Of a DNA stretch of 64,000 nt, positions 40,299 to 51,023 are shown piece after piece. A model generated the notes under the pieces. That model was not told where the DNA came from. It did no database searches and saw only the letters and a program-made list of their open reading frames with translations. The DNA is taken from assembly GCA_963665815.1 (NCBI GenBank), contig OY762463.1, positions 3,008,001 through 3,072,000 on the forward strand. Direction: 5' to 3'. The position numbers and the translations under genes are program-made. The first letter of the stretch is position 1, and each line of letters starts with the position of its first letter. The DNA is from Candidatus Cloacimonadales bacterium. GTDB lineage: Bacteria; Cloacimonadota; Cloacimonadia; Cloacimonadales; JAIOQZ01.

Positions 40299-42173
40299 TC
40301 ATAAAAGATTGTATTTTATTATAGCGTTTTTTGCTTTTCTGTGAGCATCTTCATCATTTGATAATTTCAATGCTTTGTTCAAATATTCTTTTGCTTTATC
40401 TTCATTTCCAAGACTATGATATACTTCTCCGATATGATACGCAATTATACCGCTTTCAATATGTTCAATCAGTCCGGAATTAATTAATTCAAGTGCTTTT
40501 TGGTTCTCACCGGATAAATGATAATACCAGACTGCACTGTCCAGAATACCGAAATTATCAGGAGCGAGCTCTCTGGCCTTAAGTATGTATTTTCCTGCTT
40601 CTTCAAGCCTTTCAGAGAAATCAAGCAGCCAGTAACCCAACCAGTTGTGGAATTCAGCATTATCGGGGAAAGCCGCTATTGCATCCTTCAATACTTTTTC
40701 CTTTTCATCCTGTTTTCCCAATGCTTCCAGGGCTCTACCAAGAAGGAGATAGTGCTCTTTTGTATAATCTCCAGATTCTATCTTCTTTTTGATGAAATCA
40801 GAAAGACTTTCATATTTCCCAGAGCTCATACATGTAAATGAAATTGTTTCCAGAGCACGGTCAGCATAAATCGAATCGTTCTTGATAATTTTCTCAGCAA
40901 GTTCCAGATCATCAAGTTTGGTTGCTACATCAGCAAAGAATACGGTCATGTCCTGCTCTGTGATAACGTCCATAGAAATTTTCTTAATTTCTTCAGGAGA
41001 AAGTTCATCCAGATTTATGATTGATTGCAGATATACACGATACATCTGCTTCTTATCTCTATTGAAATCAATTGTCAGGTCTTTCTCAAACTTCGTCAGG
41101 AAACCGGCAAGCAACAGATAGATGTTCTGCTTGTCCTCATTAAAAGTTAGTACTATTGTACTGAAGAGATTACCAAGTCTATCCATCTGTTTTAAGTAAT
41201 AAACAGCTTTGTAAAAATCTGAGTCATCCATAAAATAATCAGTAGTCTGAGTAAGGATTTTCATTTTATCATCTTCGGCAATCTGCGGATCACTTAATCT
41301 TTCTTTTGCCAGAGTATCTACTAAAACTGAAATTCCGCTGAGTGCCGAAAACTCGAATAAAGCTGTATTAATCTGGCTGTTACCTGTTTCAATAAGGTCG
41401 AGAACTGTTTCTTTCAGTTTGGATGTTAGTCCTTCTTTATACAAAGCATTCAAATAAGCAATTTTATCTATATACTCAAGAGATTTCATGTTATTTGTCA
41501 GAGATTCAAACATCCGGATTATTTTCATGTATTGCTGTTTCTGAATATATTCTTTAACAAGCAGATTTCTTGAATATTCATCTTTATGTATTTCCTGACA
41601 TTTTTCAAGTATATATATTGAGTTTGTATTGGGAATTCTGGAATAGAAAGAATAAACTATCCTGATTTTCTCAGGATTGTCCCAGGAATACTCAAGAGCT
41701 CTGTCGAGATATTGAGTCTTTATTTCATTTTTCTGCTCATAAGTAAAAGCAAATAATGCAATAAAACTTGCAAATGAAGGATTATTCTCTGAGAAATTTC
41801 TCAAATATTCAATAGCTTTTTCTTTTCTACCTGTTTTACTCATCGCATAAGAAGCTACTTTGGCTATATTCACAGACTTTGTGTTTTTATATATAGGTTT
41901 GATTTCTTTAAGAAAGTTTTCCCAGTCATTGTTTTCCTTGGCGATTACCGAAAGAATATCAACCAGCTTTTCTTTTATATCAATGTTTTCAGGATCGTAT
42001 TCCAGAGCAATTTTAAGATTCTCTATTGCTTTATCGTAATTCTTATCTCTGAGATCTCCATCTGCGAGAGAATAATAAGTCATTGCCTGTATTGGATCCG
42101 GTTGTCTGGCGATATTTCCTGACGAAGAGCAGGATACACAGATAATGCACAGAATAAGCCCTAAATATTTCAT
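40299..42173 (-). CDS. TPR-repeat lipoprotein
   Basis: Lipobox VSC, N- and C-terminal TPRs, NWLGY and ILDS. Confidence 0.8.
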   Translation of the reverse strand: MKYLGLILCIICVSCSSSGNIARQPDPIQAMTYYSLADGDLRDKNYDKAIENLKIALEYDPENIDIKEKLVDILSVIAKENNDWENFLKEIKPIYKNTKSVNIAKVASYAMSKTGRKEKAIEYLRNFSENNPSFASFIALFAFTYEQKNEIKTQYLDRALEYSWDNPEKIRIVYSFYSRIPNTNSIYILEKCQEIHKDEYSRNLLVKEYIQKQQYMKIIRMFESLTNNMKSLEYIDKIAYLNALYKEGLTSKLKETVLDLIETGNSQINTALFEFSALSGISVLVDTLAKERLSDPQIAEDDKMKILTQTTDYFMDDSDFYKAVYYLKQMDRLGNLFSTIVLTFNEDKQNIYLLLAGFLTKFEKDLTIDFNRDKKQMYRVYLQSIINLDELSPEEIKKISMDVITEQDMTVFFADVATKLDDLELAEKIIKNDSIYADRALETISFTCMSSGKYESLSDFIKKKIESGDYTKEHYLLLGRALEALGKQDEKEKVLKDAIAAFPDNAEFHNWLGYWLLDFSERLEEAGKYILKARELAPDNFGILDSAVWYYHLSGENQKALELINSGLIEHIESGIIAYHIGEVYHSLGNEDKAKEYLNKALKLSNDEDAHRKAKNAIIKYNLL

Positions 42174-42180
42174 AATTACT

Positions 42181-42945
42181 CTAATATTTAATGTTGTATG
42201 TTACAAAAACAGCTCTGTCAAAGCCCATTGTGCTGCTGTGATTTTCCAGAATATCATACGCCTGAAGTTTAAGTTGGATTTCATCTGTGAATTTTAACTC
42301 AGCAGAAATGTTAAGAAATCCTCTTCCTTCTCCAAAATATTCGAGATCATCTTTACCATTGATTCTTGAGTCATTGTCATTATTGGCAACATCATATTCA
42401 CCGCATACTGTAAGCATTGGACCTATGGTTTTTTCTATACCTACAAAAAAGTTCAGATCTTCATCACCATCATCTTTTTCAAGACTGTAATTCAGTCCTG
42501 CATGGAATCCCAGATTACCGAGAAATACATAGTTTTTACTGAATGTTCCAAAGAATCCTTTTGATTTGATGTCATACCTATTGGTCTCTTTTTTATAAGA
42601 ACCATGTCCCATGGAGTCAAATCCGATTACAAATGCGGGATACTTCGTGCTTTCATCCAGAATTCTCAATTTAGCTGAAAATTCTACACGTTCCTGCCAT
42701 TCGGGAGATTCGTTACCTACAACATTTTCTCCACCAAAGGCCACACCGAACATGAATCTTGGGAGCAGTCCTACATTGGCTCCAAGCATCAATCCATTAT
42801 TCCTGAAAATTTTAGCATAAACCTGAGCTTCCCCTTTCTGAAGCATTCCTGCTGTAGGAACATCAATCAGTTTAATGCTTTCGACTGCACTAAGAGTAAA
42901 TACAATACACATCAAAAAAATTACGATTGAAGATTTTTTAATCAT
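42181..42945 (-). CDS. Outer-membrane beta-barrel protein, YjbH-like
   Basis: Signal peptide, LIDVPTAG motif, amphipathic strands and terminal aromatic residue. Confidence 0.6.
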   Translation of the reverse strand: MIKKSSIVIFLMCIVFTLSAVESIKLIDVPTAGMLQKGEAQVYAKIFRNNGLMLGANVGLLPRFMFGVAFGGENVVGNESPEWQERVEFSAKLRILDESTKYPAFVIGFDSMGHGSYKKETNRYDIKSKGFFGTFSKNYVFLGNLGFHAGLNYSLEKDDGDEDLNFFVGIEKTIGPMLTVCGEYDVANNDNDSRINGKDDLEYFGEGRGFLNISAELKFTDEIQLKLQAYDILENHSSTMGFDRAVFVTYNIKY

Positions 42946-44021
42946 AATGTCTCCTGTTTTCTGAGACTGAAAGATTTTGTTATCTCTTCCAGTTCAATCA
43001 AAGCTGGTAGTTTTTTTCCTTGTGGGAAATAAACATAGTTATCTATCAGATAAGCTGTATCGGTTTGTCCATCATAAAATCCGTAAAACTGTACTGCTCC
43101 ACCTACAAGTATCTTATTATTTTCCCATCTTCCGTTGAGTTTCATCATATCAAGTCCGTTAGCACTGATTTTGTCGAGTTTAAGAGAACTGCCTATCAGA
43201 GAATCTCCTTCGTAGAAATTCATGCCGATTTTCTGCCTTGTTTTAAGCATCCATTCCTGCATATCCGGAACTTCATCCATTTTCTCGTAGTAAATACCGA
43301 TAACCTTGTCCGGTCTGTCTCTGAGTCTGGAAATATATGATTGAAAATTTTTTCCACCTCTGAAATACTTAAAGTTTCTCGGCAGCATTAACTCATAAGG
43401 AAGATCTTTATTACTTTTACGTTTTGTTGTGATAGGATCGGATTTATAACCATAGGCTTTCTGTCCGATTCTCTTGTGCAGAATCTCTTTAAACTGGCTG
43501 AAACACTTATTTAACAGCGGTGTGAGATTTTTGTCGATTGACGCATTTGAATCAGAAAGAATAAACGATATAAGCTGATCGTTTGCCCAGTAATTTTTCT
43601 TCACGAAAAGACCGATTTTTTTCTGAATAACTGATTTAACAAAATCACTGTTGAAGCTTTCGTTCAGGTATTTACTGACAGGATCCTGTGAAGTCAGCGG
43701 AGTAATGAATATAAGGTTTTTAAACTTATAAAACTGTTCAATCTTATTGATATCTGCTCTGAGCACTTCGTAGTATTCTTCTTCTTCAGTTGTAGTATAA
43801 GTTACACTGAGTGTTTTTATAATATCATCACCATGCCTGCTCCAGGTGATATCATCTGCGAAAACATAGAGTTTCTGCTGATGTCCCCAGGACAAGGGTT
43901 TATTATGATCAACATTAACTTTCTTTTTATCATAATAAGATTTATTATCTCTTGAGCAGGATACAATTGAGAACAGTAAAATCAAAGTCAGAATTATATA
44001 GCTTATTCTGCTATTTCCCAT
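42942..44021 (-). CDS. Lipoprotein, DUF4837-like
   Basis: Lipobox VSC, WANDQ, GRWEN..GG and KLPALIELE..SF. Confidence 0.65.
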   Translation of the reverse strand: MGNSRISYIILTLILLFSIVSCSRDNKSYYDKKKVNVDHNKPLSWGHQQKLYVFADDITWSRHGDDIIKTLSVTYTTTEEEEYYEVLRADINKIEQFYKFKNLIFITPLTSQDPVSKYLNESFNSDFVKSVIQKKIGLFVKKNYWANDQLISFILSDSNASIDKNLTPLLNKCFSQFKEILHKRIGQKAYGYKSDPITTKRKSNKDLPYELMLPRNFKYFRGGKNFQSYISRLRDRPDKVIGIYYEKMDEVPDMQEWMLKTRQKIGMNFYEGDSLIGSSLKLDKISANGLDMMKLNGRWENNKILVGGAVQFYGFYDGQTDTAYLIDNYVYFPQGKKLPALIELEEITKSFSLRKQETL

Positions 44022-44586
44022 TCTTAGCTCCGGTAAAGTAATTTAATCCAGAAAGGAATGTTACTAAAGCAACAAACCAGAAATAATAACGCAGAATTGA
44101 CTGAATTATTGCACTATATTGGTGAATTTGCTCAAAGTTATGAACAAGAGAAGCAAGAAATAGTGCTGTTATTATTCCTATCATCTGGAAAACAGTCTTT
44201 AATTTTCCCCAGATATTGGCAGGAATATATATCTTTTTCCCTGCATAATAATTCCTGAGGATTGTTACTGCTACTTCTCGCAGGAGTACAACAGCAAATA
44301 CCCAGATATCAATGCACTTGAAAAAGAAGAATGTCAGGATTGCCATAGCTGAAAGTACTAAAAACTTATCGGCAAGTGGATCCATAATTTTCCCAAAATT
44401 CGAGATAACTTTATATTTCCTTGCCAGCAGACCGTCAAAATAATCAGAAATACTTGCAATAATGAACACTGCAAGTCCTATGATGACACCTGTACTGACA
44501 GGCTCAAACCCAATAAGCAGCCAAATGAATACTGGTACCAGAATCATTCTGAGAACCGTAAGAGAATTTGGTATAAATTTAATCAT
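44011..44586 (-). CDS. pgsA: CDP-diacylglycerol--glycerol-3-phosphate 3-phosphatidyltransferase
   Basis: PNSLTVLR, DYFDGLLAR, FGKIMDPLADK and GKLKTVFQ. Likely start is 44586. Confidence 0.93.
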   Translation of the reverse strand: MIKFIPNSLTVLRMILVPVFIWLLIGFEPVSTGVIIGLAVFIIASISDYFDGLLARKYKVISNFGKIMDPLADKFLVLSAMAILTFFFFKCIDIWVFAVVLLREVAVTILRNYYAGKKIYIPANIWGKLKTVFQMIGIITALFLASLVHNFEQIHQYSAIIQSILRYYFWFVALVTFLSGLNYFTGAKNGK

Positions 44587-45367
44587 AAACTTTATCCTTA
44601 ATATACAATCCTGCTGAAAAATTTCCCAGTATCTGAACAGCAACGAATAATCCATATAATGGAACGTTTATCGATACCGATCTGTTCAGTAAAAGATAAT
44701 CATGCAGGATACAAAACATCAGATTAACTAATAAACTAAGGGCAACTACTGTCAAGGTATTCCGTGCAATCATGAAAATAAGCTTCGATTCTGACCCACC
44801 AGCCTCAATAAACACTTTCCAGTTGTGAGCCTGATGATTTTCCACGAGATACCTTAAAAAGAAGACCATAAAGATACTCAGAATCAGAAACACAAGAAAA
44901 TATAATGTTTTATTTCTGTTCAAATCGCGTACATCATTATATTTCTTGAGTAGATCAGCTTTATTATAATCAACAATCAGTTCTTTATTATAACTGTCTA
45001 TTTTGCTCATTACAGAGTTTATATCATTTTCTGAGAATGTTTCGAAGTTGGGATAAATCTCTGTAACATGGGGCAGATCAACAGATTTCAGTAGTCTTTT
45101 ACTGTTTGTCAGATCGTACTTTACCAGCAGAGAATCCTTAACCTGAGTCTCTGTGAAATTTACATATCTGTTTGCCAGCTTGAGAGAGTCTACCCATATT
45201 GTGAAGTCTTCGATGACTTGATCATTAAAGCTGAAGGCAATAACAGGAGTTTCTTCAAAAGCCTGAATAATCTGAAATTTTTTGAAATTCATATCCGAAT
45301 CAACGGAATACCAGACACTGAACCATATCGCCGATAATACAGCAATTACTATTAGTTCCTTTCTCAT
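44579..45367 (-). CDS. Divergent FtsX-like permease
   Basis: TM, periplasmic loop and 3-TM topology; a GG motif between helices; coupled to an ABC ATPase gene. Confidence 0.55.
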   Translation of the reverse strand: MRKELIVIAVLSAIWFSVWYSVDSDMNFKKFQIIQAFEETPVIAFSFNDQVIEDFTIWVDSLKLANRYVNFTETQVKDSLLVKYDLTNSKRLLKSVDLPHVTEIYPNFETFSENDINSVMSKIDSYNKELIVDYNKADLLKKYNDVRDLNRNKTLYFLVFLILSIFMVFFLRYLVENHQAHNWKVFIEAGGSESKLIFMIARNTLTVVALSLLVNLMFCILHDYLLLNRSVSINVPLYGLFVAVQILGNFSAGLYIKDKVYD

Positions 45368-45999
45368 ACATATGCCTTCTGGTTTATAAGTTCCAGTTTC
45401 TTATTCTGGATTCTGTAGACATAGTCAAAATCCGGGATATTAAATTTACTTGTAGCAATAATTGATGTTCCGGCTTTAACTGCATAGTCCAGTACGCTGT
45501 TAATCTTAATCATCATAATCTCATCGAAGAAAATATCATGATCATCGAGGAGAATGAGATAAGGGCGTATGATAGCTGCTCTGATTATCTCTATGATTTT
45601 TCTCTCAGACTTTGAGAGATATTCCGTGTTAGTCTCGAGTTTGTGCTTTATTCCACATTGATCTGCAAAATCAAGCATTTTTTCTTCATCACGGTGTGAT
45701 ACTTTGTCAAATGGTAGGATCAGGTTGGACCAGGCATCTCTATCCGGAATAAGTCTGTCTCTTCCCGAAATAAGCAGAGTTTTCTTCTTTTTTCTGTATA
45801 GCAGATTCAGTTTACCCTTCAGGAGGACTTCGCCATCATATCCGGAATAATCACCGTTTATTGATTTCAGGAATAATGATTTACCGGATCTGTTTCTTCC
45901 GATAACAACAATTTTTTTCCCGGATACTATTCGCATTTGCGGTATTTCTAATATTTTATGTTCAGCATCAAAAAGTGCATAATTAACTATTTCCAGCAT
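45364..45999 (-). CDS. ABC ATP-binding protein with degenerate motifs (FtsE-like position)
   Basis: Walker A GRNRSGKS, signature LSKSE, Walker B LILLDD; no H-switch histidine. Confidence 0.75.
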   Translation of the reverse strand: MLEIVNYALFDAEHKILEIPQMRIVSGKKIVVIGRNRSGKSLFLKSINGDYSGYDGEVLLKGKLNLLYRKKKKTLLISGRDRLIPDRDAWSNLILPFDKVSHRDEEKMLDFADQCGIKHKLETNTEYLSKSERKIIEIIRAAIIRPYLILLDDHDIFFDEIMMIKINSVLDYAVKAGTSIIATSKFNIPDFDYVYRIQNKKLELINQKAYV

Positions 46000-46006
46000 A
46001 ATACCT

Positions 46007-46624
46007 TCATGTTTTTTTTATTTTATAAATAATCTGTCTTCTATTATTAGTCATTACAAATTCGAATTCAGATATTATTTTCATATTGTTTTTACGGCAA
46101 GAACTTTTAAAATCAATATCCCGTATTCCAGGATACATGACATATGCTTTGCCTTCTGGTTTCAGGTTTCTATCGATACAGACAATCACATCATCCATTT
46201 TGCAGGCAATCTCAAATCGGCTGATGTTCCTGCTTTCAGACGGACTCAATCTGCCTGTTCCTTCTTTGTAAAAAGGAGGATTAGAGACAATAAGATCAAA
46301 TTTATCATTTGCGGTAAACCTTCTCAGGTCGGTACAGGTGACATCAAATCTTTCATTCATCGATTCTGTATTGCTCAGACAAAGATCAGCAAGTTCTTCC
46401 TGAATTTCTACACATGTAAATCTCCAGTCCGGATTTGTTAATGCCAGCATAACACTTATAATGCCGTTGCCTGAACCGATATCCAGAACACTTTGGTTAT
46501 CTCGACTTTCCTTGTGATTTACTGTCTCAATAAAAAAAGCGGTATCAGATGATACCGGTTGCCCATTTTTCTCCTGCAGAATTTTGTAATTACCATAAGG
46601 TAACTCTACTACAGTCGTTTTCAT
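46007..46624 (-). CDS. tRNA1(Val) A37 N6-methyltransferase-like SAM methyltransferase
   Basis: VLDIGSGNG, VEIQ, DLIVSNPPF and RFE. Confidence 0.85.
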   Translation of the reverse strand: MKTTVVELPYGNYKILQEKNGQPVSSDTAFFIETVNHKESRDNQSVLDIGSGNGIISVMLALTNPDWRFTCVEIQEELADLCLSNTESMNERFDVTCTDLRRFTANDKFDLIVSNPPFYKEGTGRLSPSESRNISRFEIACKMDDVIVCIDRNLKPEGKAYVMYPGIRDIDFKSSCRKNNMKIISEFEFVMTNNRRQIIYKIKKT

Positions 46625-46634
46625 GGACTTCTTT

Positions 46635-47555
46635 CTATTTACTTAATTCCAGCATCTTGCTAACACTTTTCAGTGCTCTCTCAGCGATGGCAGGTTCCAG
46701 TATTATTTCGTTTTTTTCTTCGGATAATGTGAGCAGAACTTCCCTGAGCGATGTCTTTTTCATGTTGATACAGGTTGCTTTTGCAGTTAAAGGTTTGATA
46801 TTCTTTTCAGGATATAAGTCCTTAAGCTGTTTTATCAATCCGATTTCCGTTCCGAATATAAGATTATCGTGGTCAACTGCATAATCAGCCATCTGTTTGG
46901 TTGATCCTACTCTGTCTGCTGCTTTGACAACACTTGGTGAGCACTCAGGGTGAACCATGATAGTATAATCGGGATAAGAGTGACGAACTCTTCTTACATC
47001 AGCCATGGTAATCATTCTGTCATGAACATTACAGCATCCCTGCCATAAAATCATTTCTCTGCCAAGCTGATCATTTATGTATGATCCCAGATTTCTGTCC
47101 GGAACAAAGATAATTGTTTCATCTTCAGGAATAGTACTGACTATCTTTACAGCATTGGAAGATGTTACGCAAACATCGCATTCTGCTTTTACATCAATTG
47201 AACTGTTAACATAGCAGACAACAACAGGATCCTGATACTTGCTTTTAAAGACGGCAAGGTCGCTTCCTGTAGCCATATCAGCCATTGGACATCCTGCTTC
47301 GGGATGAGAAAGAAGAACTTTTGTGTCCGGGTTAAGCAGTTTAGCTGTCTCTGCCATGAACTGAACTCCACAGAAAACAATTATGTCAGCTTCAACTTTT
47401 TTAGCTTCCTGAGCCAATTGAAGAGAATCACCAACAAAATCAGCAATTTTCTGTATATCAAGAGTTTGATAGTTATGGGCAAGAACAACAGCGTTTTTAT
47501 CTTTTTTAAGTTTATTTATTGTGTCTATAGTTACTTGTTTTGTAACACTATTCAT
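46635..47555 (-). CDS. nadA: Quinolinate synthase
   Basis: [43 protein letters not shown] and CINMK. AAGGAG precedes ATG 47555. Confidence 0.96.
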   Translation of the reverse strand: MNSVTKQVTIDTINKLKKDKNAVVLAHNYQTLDIQKIADFVGDSLQLAQEAKKVEADIIVFCGVQFMAETAKLLNPDTKVLLSHPEAGCPMADMATGSDLAVFKSKYQDPVVVCYVNSSIDVKAECDVCVTSSNAVKIVSTIPEDETIIFVPDRNLGSYINDQLGREMILWQGCCNVHDRMITMADVRRVRHSYPDYTIMVHPECSPSVVKAADRVGSTKQMADYAVDHDNLIFGTEIGLIKQLKDLYPEKNIKPLTAKATCINMKKTSLREVLLTLSEEKNEIILEPAIAERALKSVSKMLELSK

Positions 47556-48006
47556 TATCAGCTCCTTTACTTGTGTGTCCAAAACCGCCTGCTCCGCGTT
47601 CTGTTCCTGTTAATTCTTCCACTACTTTAAAATCAGCGGTTTCATGTCTGCAAAGAATCATCTGAGCAATTCTTTCACCTTTGTTCACCGTAAAATCTTT
47701 ATCTCCGAAATTAAACAGAATAACTTGTACGTGTCCTCGATAATCAGCATCGATTGTACCCGGAGAGTTTAGCACACCAACTCTGCTTTTTAAAGCAAGT
47801 CCGGAACGTGGTCTGATCTGTGCTTCGTATCCAACAGGCAGCTCAATTGATAAACCCGTTGGAACAAGTGTAACTTTTCCCGGATTGATAACAATCGGTT
47901 TGTCGTTGGCAGCATACAAGTCATAACCTGCGGCATGCTCTGTCATTCTCTGTGGTAAAACTGCATCAGAAGAAAGACGTTTAACTTTTACATCTATTGT
48001 GTTCAT
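47548..48006 (-). CDS. dut: dUTP diphosphatase
   Basis: [25 protein letters not shown] and RGAGGFGHT. Confidence 0.97.
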   Translation of the reverse strand: MNTIDVKVKRLSSDAVLPQRMTEHAAGYDLYAANDKPIVINPGKVTLVPTGLSIELPVGYEAQIRPRSGLALKSRVGVLNSPGTIDADYRGHVQVILFNFGDKDFTVNKGERIAQMILCRHETADFKVVEELTGTERGAGGFGHTSKGADNE

Positions 48007-48025
48007 TAATATCTCAATTTTCCTG

Positions 48026-48916
48026 TTAAAAATCTCTGGTCAAAATGAAATCTGCAAGCAGTTTCAGCATATCGGCTTTTTCTCCGTAGTGTGAAAGAAG
48101 TTCTTTGGCTTCTTCAATAAGCTTAGTTGCCATTTCTCTTGATTCTTCCATACCATATAATGACGGATAAGTAGCTTTCTGTACTTTTGAATCTTTACCA
48201 ATCGATTTTCCCAGCTTCTTTTGATCGCCTTCAATATCCAGGATATCGTCAGTAATCTGGAACGCCAGTCCGAGTTTTTCTCCGACTTTTTCCAGCCGTT
48301 TAACATGCTCATCTTCTACTTCTGCTGCATAGCATCCGAAACGCATTGCAAGTTTGAGAAGTTTACCGGTTTTATTATCATGTATAAACTGAAGTTCTTC
48401 CTTAGTAATTTTTTTGCCTTCGGATACGATGTCCATCATTTGACCAATAATAAGTCCCCTGCTGCCTGTTTCTCTGGCAAGTTCACTTATCAGGTTCAGT
48501 TTTACCTCATCAGAAAGAGGTACATGTGTCAACAATTCAAAAGCTGCTGTCAGCAGAGCATCTCCGGCAAGCAAAGCCATATCGTCACCATAAATAACAT
48601 GGCAGGCTTTTTTTCCTCTTCTGTAATCATCATCGTCAATATCCGGAAGATCATCATGTATGAGAGTATATGTATGAAGAAGTTCTATAGCAGCAGCTAC
48701 AGGCTGAACAACAGGAACTTCGTCGGAAAACAGCAGAAATGTGCTGATTGTGAGATAGGGTCTCAATCTTTTTCCACCGGCAAACAATGTATGTCTGACA
48801 GCTTTATGAATCTCTTTAGGGTACTCGTCTTTCCTTGGCAGGAAACGGTCTAAAGTTATGTTAATTAATTCTCGTTTCTCTTTAAGATCCTTTTTAAGAT
48901 TCAGCTTCTTCACCAT
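48026..48916 (-). CDS. ispA: Farnesyl/geranylgeranyl diphosphate synthase
   Basis: [24 protein letters not shown] and FQITDDILD. Confidence 0.93.
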   Translation of the reverse strand: MVKKLNLKKDLKEKRELINITLDRFLPRKDEYPKEIHKAVRHTLFAGGKRLRPYLTISTFLLFSDEVPVVQPVAAAIELLHTYTLIHDDLPDIDDDDYRRGKKACHVIYGDDMALLAGDALLTAAFELLTHVPLSDEVKLNLISELARETGSRGLIIGQMMDIVSEGKKITKEELQFIHDNKTGKLLKLAMRFGCYAAEVEDEHVKRLEKVGEKLGLAFQITDDILDIEGDQKKLGKSIGKDSKVQKATYPSLYGMEESREMATKLIEEAKELLSHYGEKADMLKLLADFILTRDF

Positions 48917-49136
48917 TTTCTCCTTTCATTTTATTTTCAATAATGGTTTGTGATAAAACTTCTATTTTCTGTTCTGCTTTGTTCAGCTTGTCCTGACATA
49001 CCTGTACAAGTTTTGTTCCTTCTTCGAACAGGTTAACCAGAGTATCAAGGTCATTAACTCCGTTTTCCAGATCATCAACGATATTTTCAAGCTTTTCAAA
49101 AGCATCTTCAAATTTTATTTTTTTTGTCATAATCAT
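48894..49136 (-). CDS. xseB: Exodeoxyribonuclease VII small subunit
   Basis: FEDAFEKLENIVDDLE..LFEEG..L..AEQKI; classic xseB-ispA synteny. Confidence 0.93.
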   Translation of the reverse strand: MIMTKKIKFEDAFEKLENIVDDLENGVNDLDTLVNLFEEGTKLVQVCQDKLNKAEQKIEVLSQTIIENKMKGENGEEAES

Positions 49137-49151
49137 TCCTGTAGATAAGGT

Positions 49152-49790
49152 TCAGCATTCTTCATACACTGCGAGAAGTTTACCTTTTTCGATTTCAACA
49201 GTAAAACTATTTTCTTCGCAGATGTTACTTATTCCTCTGGTTCTGTATCTATAAAGTGACTCATTTGTCAATGTGTATTTTAGTCCGGATACTTTTTTTA
49301 TTTTAACTTCTTCATCTAAAGGTATTAAAGATACTGTAGAATTGACAGGAACAGCTATTTCTATACCACTATTTACAATCATAAGCCATTCGGTTCCGGT
49401 AAATATTCTGGTGGGAAGATTCAAAGATTCTGCATACTGAAGGTTTGATATAAGCCCGATAATCTGATCGAACCTGCCGGAAACATGAGTAACAATAACA
49501 CACTCTGTAATTCCCAGTTTTTCCTTATTTCTGCTGATATAATCTAATGCCAGTTCTGTATCTGTTTCATCTTTATCAGATTGAAAAGTATATATTTTTG
49601 TTTTATCCTGATTAATTCTGGATTTATCAATTGAGTCGAAGTCGCCTATTGCAATTTCGGGATTTATTCCGGCTTTGAGTAGAAATCGTGTGCCGCCGTC
49701 GATACCGCAGAGAAAATCTCCATCATTAATGTGTTCAAATACTTCCGGGTTTACTTCAGGAGAGTTTGTGAACAGATAAGCTTTCTTCAT
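49152..49790 (-). CDS. thiN: Thiamine diphosphokinase
   Basis: IDGG, IGDFDSI, DKDETDTELAL, GRFDQ and GISN. Confidence 0.9.
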   Translation of the reverse strand: MKKAYLFTNSPEVNPEVFEHINDGDFLCGIDGGTRFLLKAGINPEIAIGDFDSIDKSRINQDKTKIYTFQSDKDETDTELALDYISRNKEKLGITECVIVTHVSGRFDQIIGLISNLQYAESLNLPTRIFTGTEWLMIVNSGIEIAVPVNSTVSLIPLDEEVKIKKVSGLKYTLTNESLYRYRTRGISNICEENSFTVEIEKGKLLAVYEEC

Positions 49791-49806
49791 GCAGCTGTTT
49801 CCGGAA

Positions 49807-50745
49807 CTATCTGCGAGTGAGTTTTATATCTTTTTCCAGTTTGTTAAGATACCTGTAAGGATTTCTGGTTCTGTTATAGTAAGAAACTTCATAGTGTACA
49901 TGAGATCCTGTGGATCTTCCTGTACTTCCCATTAAGGCAATGATCTGTCCCTTTTTTACCTTATCGCCTTTCTTGACCAGGTATTTATGCAGGTGACCGT
50001 ATTTGGTCTTGTATCCATATTTGTGTTCAATGATAATCATACGACCTATGTTTCTGCCGTAAGAAGTCTTTGTGACAACTCCATCTGCTGTAGCGTAGAT
50101 AGGAGTTCCTTTTTTATTGGAAAAATCCAGTCCATGATGGAACGATCTTTTTCCTGTGATTGGGTGTCGTCTCCATCCGTAAGGATCAGAAATTCTACCG
50201 AAAGTAGGATAGATAGATGGAGTATAACGATAGATATCTTCTCTCAGCTCTACTTTCTTGAGAAGGTCTTCGTGTGTTGAATAAGCAAAATCAGTTCTCG
50301 CTGTGAGCAGACTGAGCTTCTTCAATACACTGTTATAGTTGTCACCAAGGTTTTTATCGTAAGAGTCAAACAGTGAATCTCGGTAGGTCATACCACCGGT
50401 ACCCATAGATCTGACTTCTTTATTGACTTTCTTGAAGTTTTCATCAGCACGAATACTGTCTTCCCATTTTTCCATAGTATGGATTTTCTCTATAAGGGAA
50501 TCGACATTCGAGTTGATAGCAGTGATTTTCTGCCTGAGAATTGCGTTTTCGGACTGGATTATCTTGAGCTGATCCAATTCTGATTTAAAGTTGCCTATAT
50601 ATATTAAAGACGCTACGATGCTTATCATGAAAAGCCCGAGAAGGGACATTACAATTATCGATGTTTTGCTTTTAAGTGAAAACTCCATTGTTTTCCCTGC
50701 TTCACCTGCCGGAATAACCAGTTTCCATTTTTTATCAAAATTCAT
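49807..50745 (-). CDS. M23-family peptidoglycan endopeptidase
   Basis: N-terminal TM and coiled coil, HHGLD (HxxxD), YGHL and STGSHVHYEV (HxH). Confidence 0.92.
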   Translation of the reverse strand: MNFDKKWKLVIPAGEAGKTMEFSLKSKTSIIVMSLLGLFMISIVASLIYIGNFKSELDQLKIIQSENAILRQKITAINSNVDSLIEKIHTMEKWEDSIRADENFKKVNKEVRSMGTGGMTYRDSLFDSYDKNLGDNYNSVLKKLSLLTARTDFAYSTHEDLLKKVELREDIYRYTPSIYPTFGRISDPYGWRRHPITGKRSFHHGLDFSNKKGTPIYATADGVVTKTSYGRNIGRMIIIEHKYGYKTKYGHLHKYLVKKGDKVKKGQIIALMGSTGRSTGSHVHYEVSYYNRTRNPYRYLNKLEKDIKLTRR

Positions 50746-51023
50746 ATATTTCCTCTATTTTAACTATCATATCAATGAATTTCAAGCGTCAACAAGTGTC
50801 AAGTAATTTCTGTGCAGGGGGTTAAGGGAATGGAATTATTTTCGACTGCTGGACGTACAGTTAATGCATTGTTTGTAATCAAATATGAATGTATTGAAAA
50901 TGTATTAAAGAACATGTTTTGAACCGATTCAATAATAATTATTGACAGAATCCGGCTTAATTTACTTATCCTGATTATTGGTATTTTTTGCAATATTGGA
51001 AAGAATATAAAAATGGAGTTCAA

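Noticed and set aside
48221-48853. 210-aa antisense ORF and the many other short shadow ORFs in the track
   Set aside because: They lie opposite or inside well-supported genes and lack recognisable motifs.
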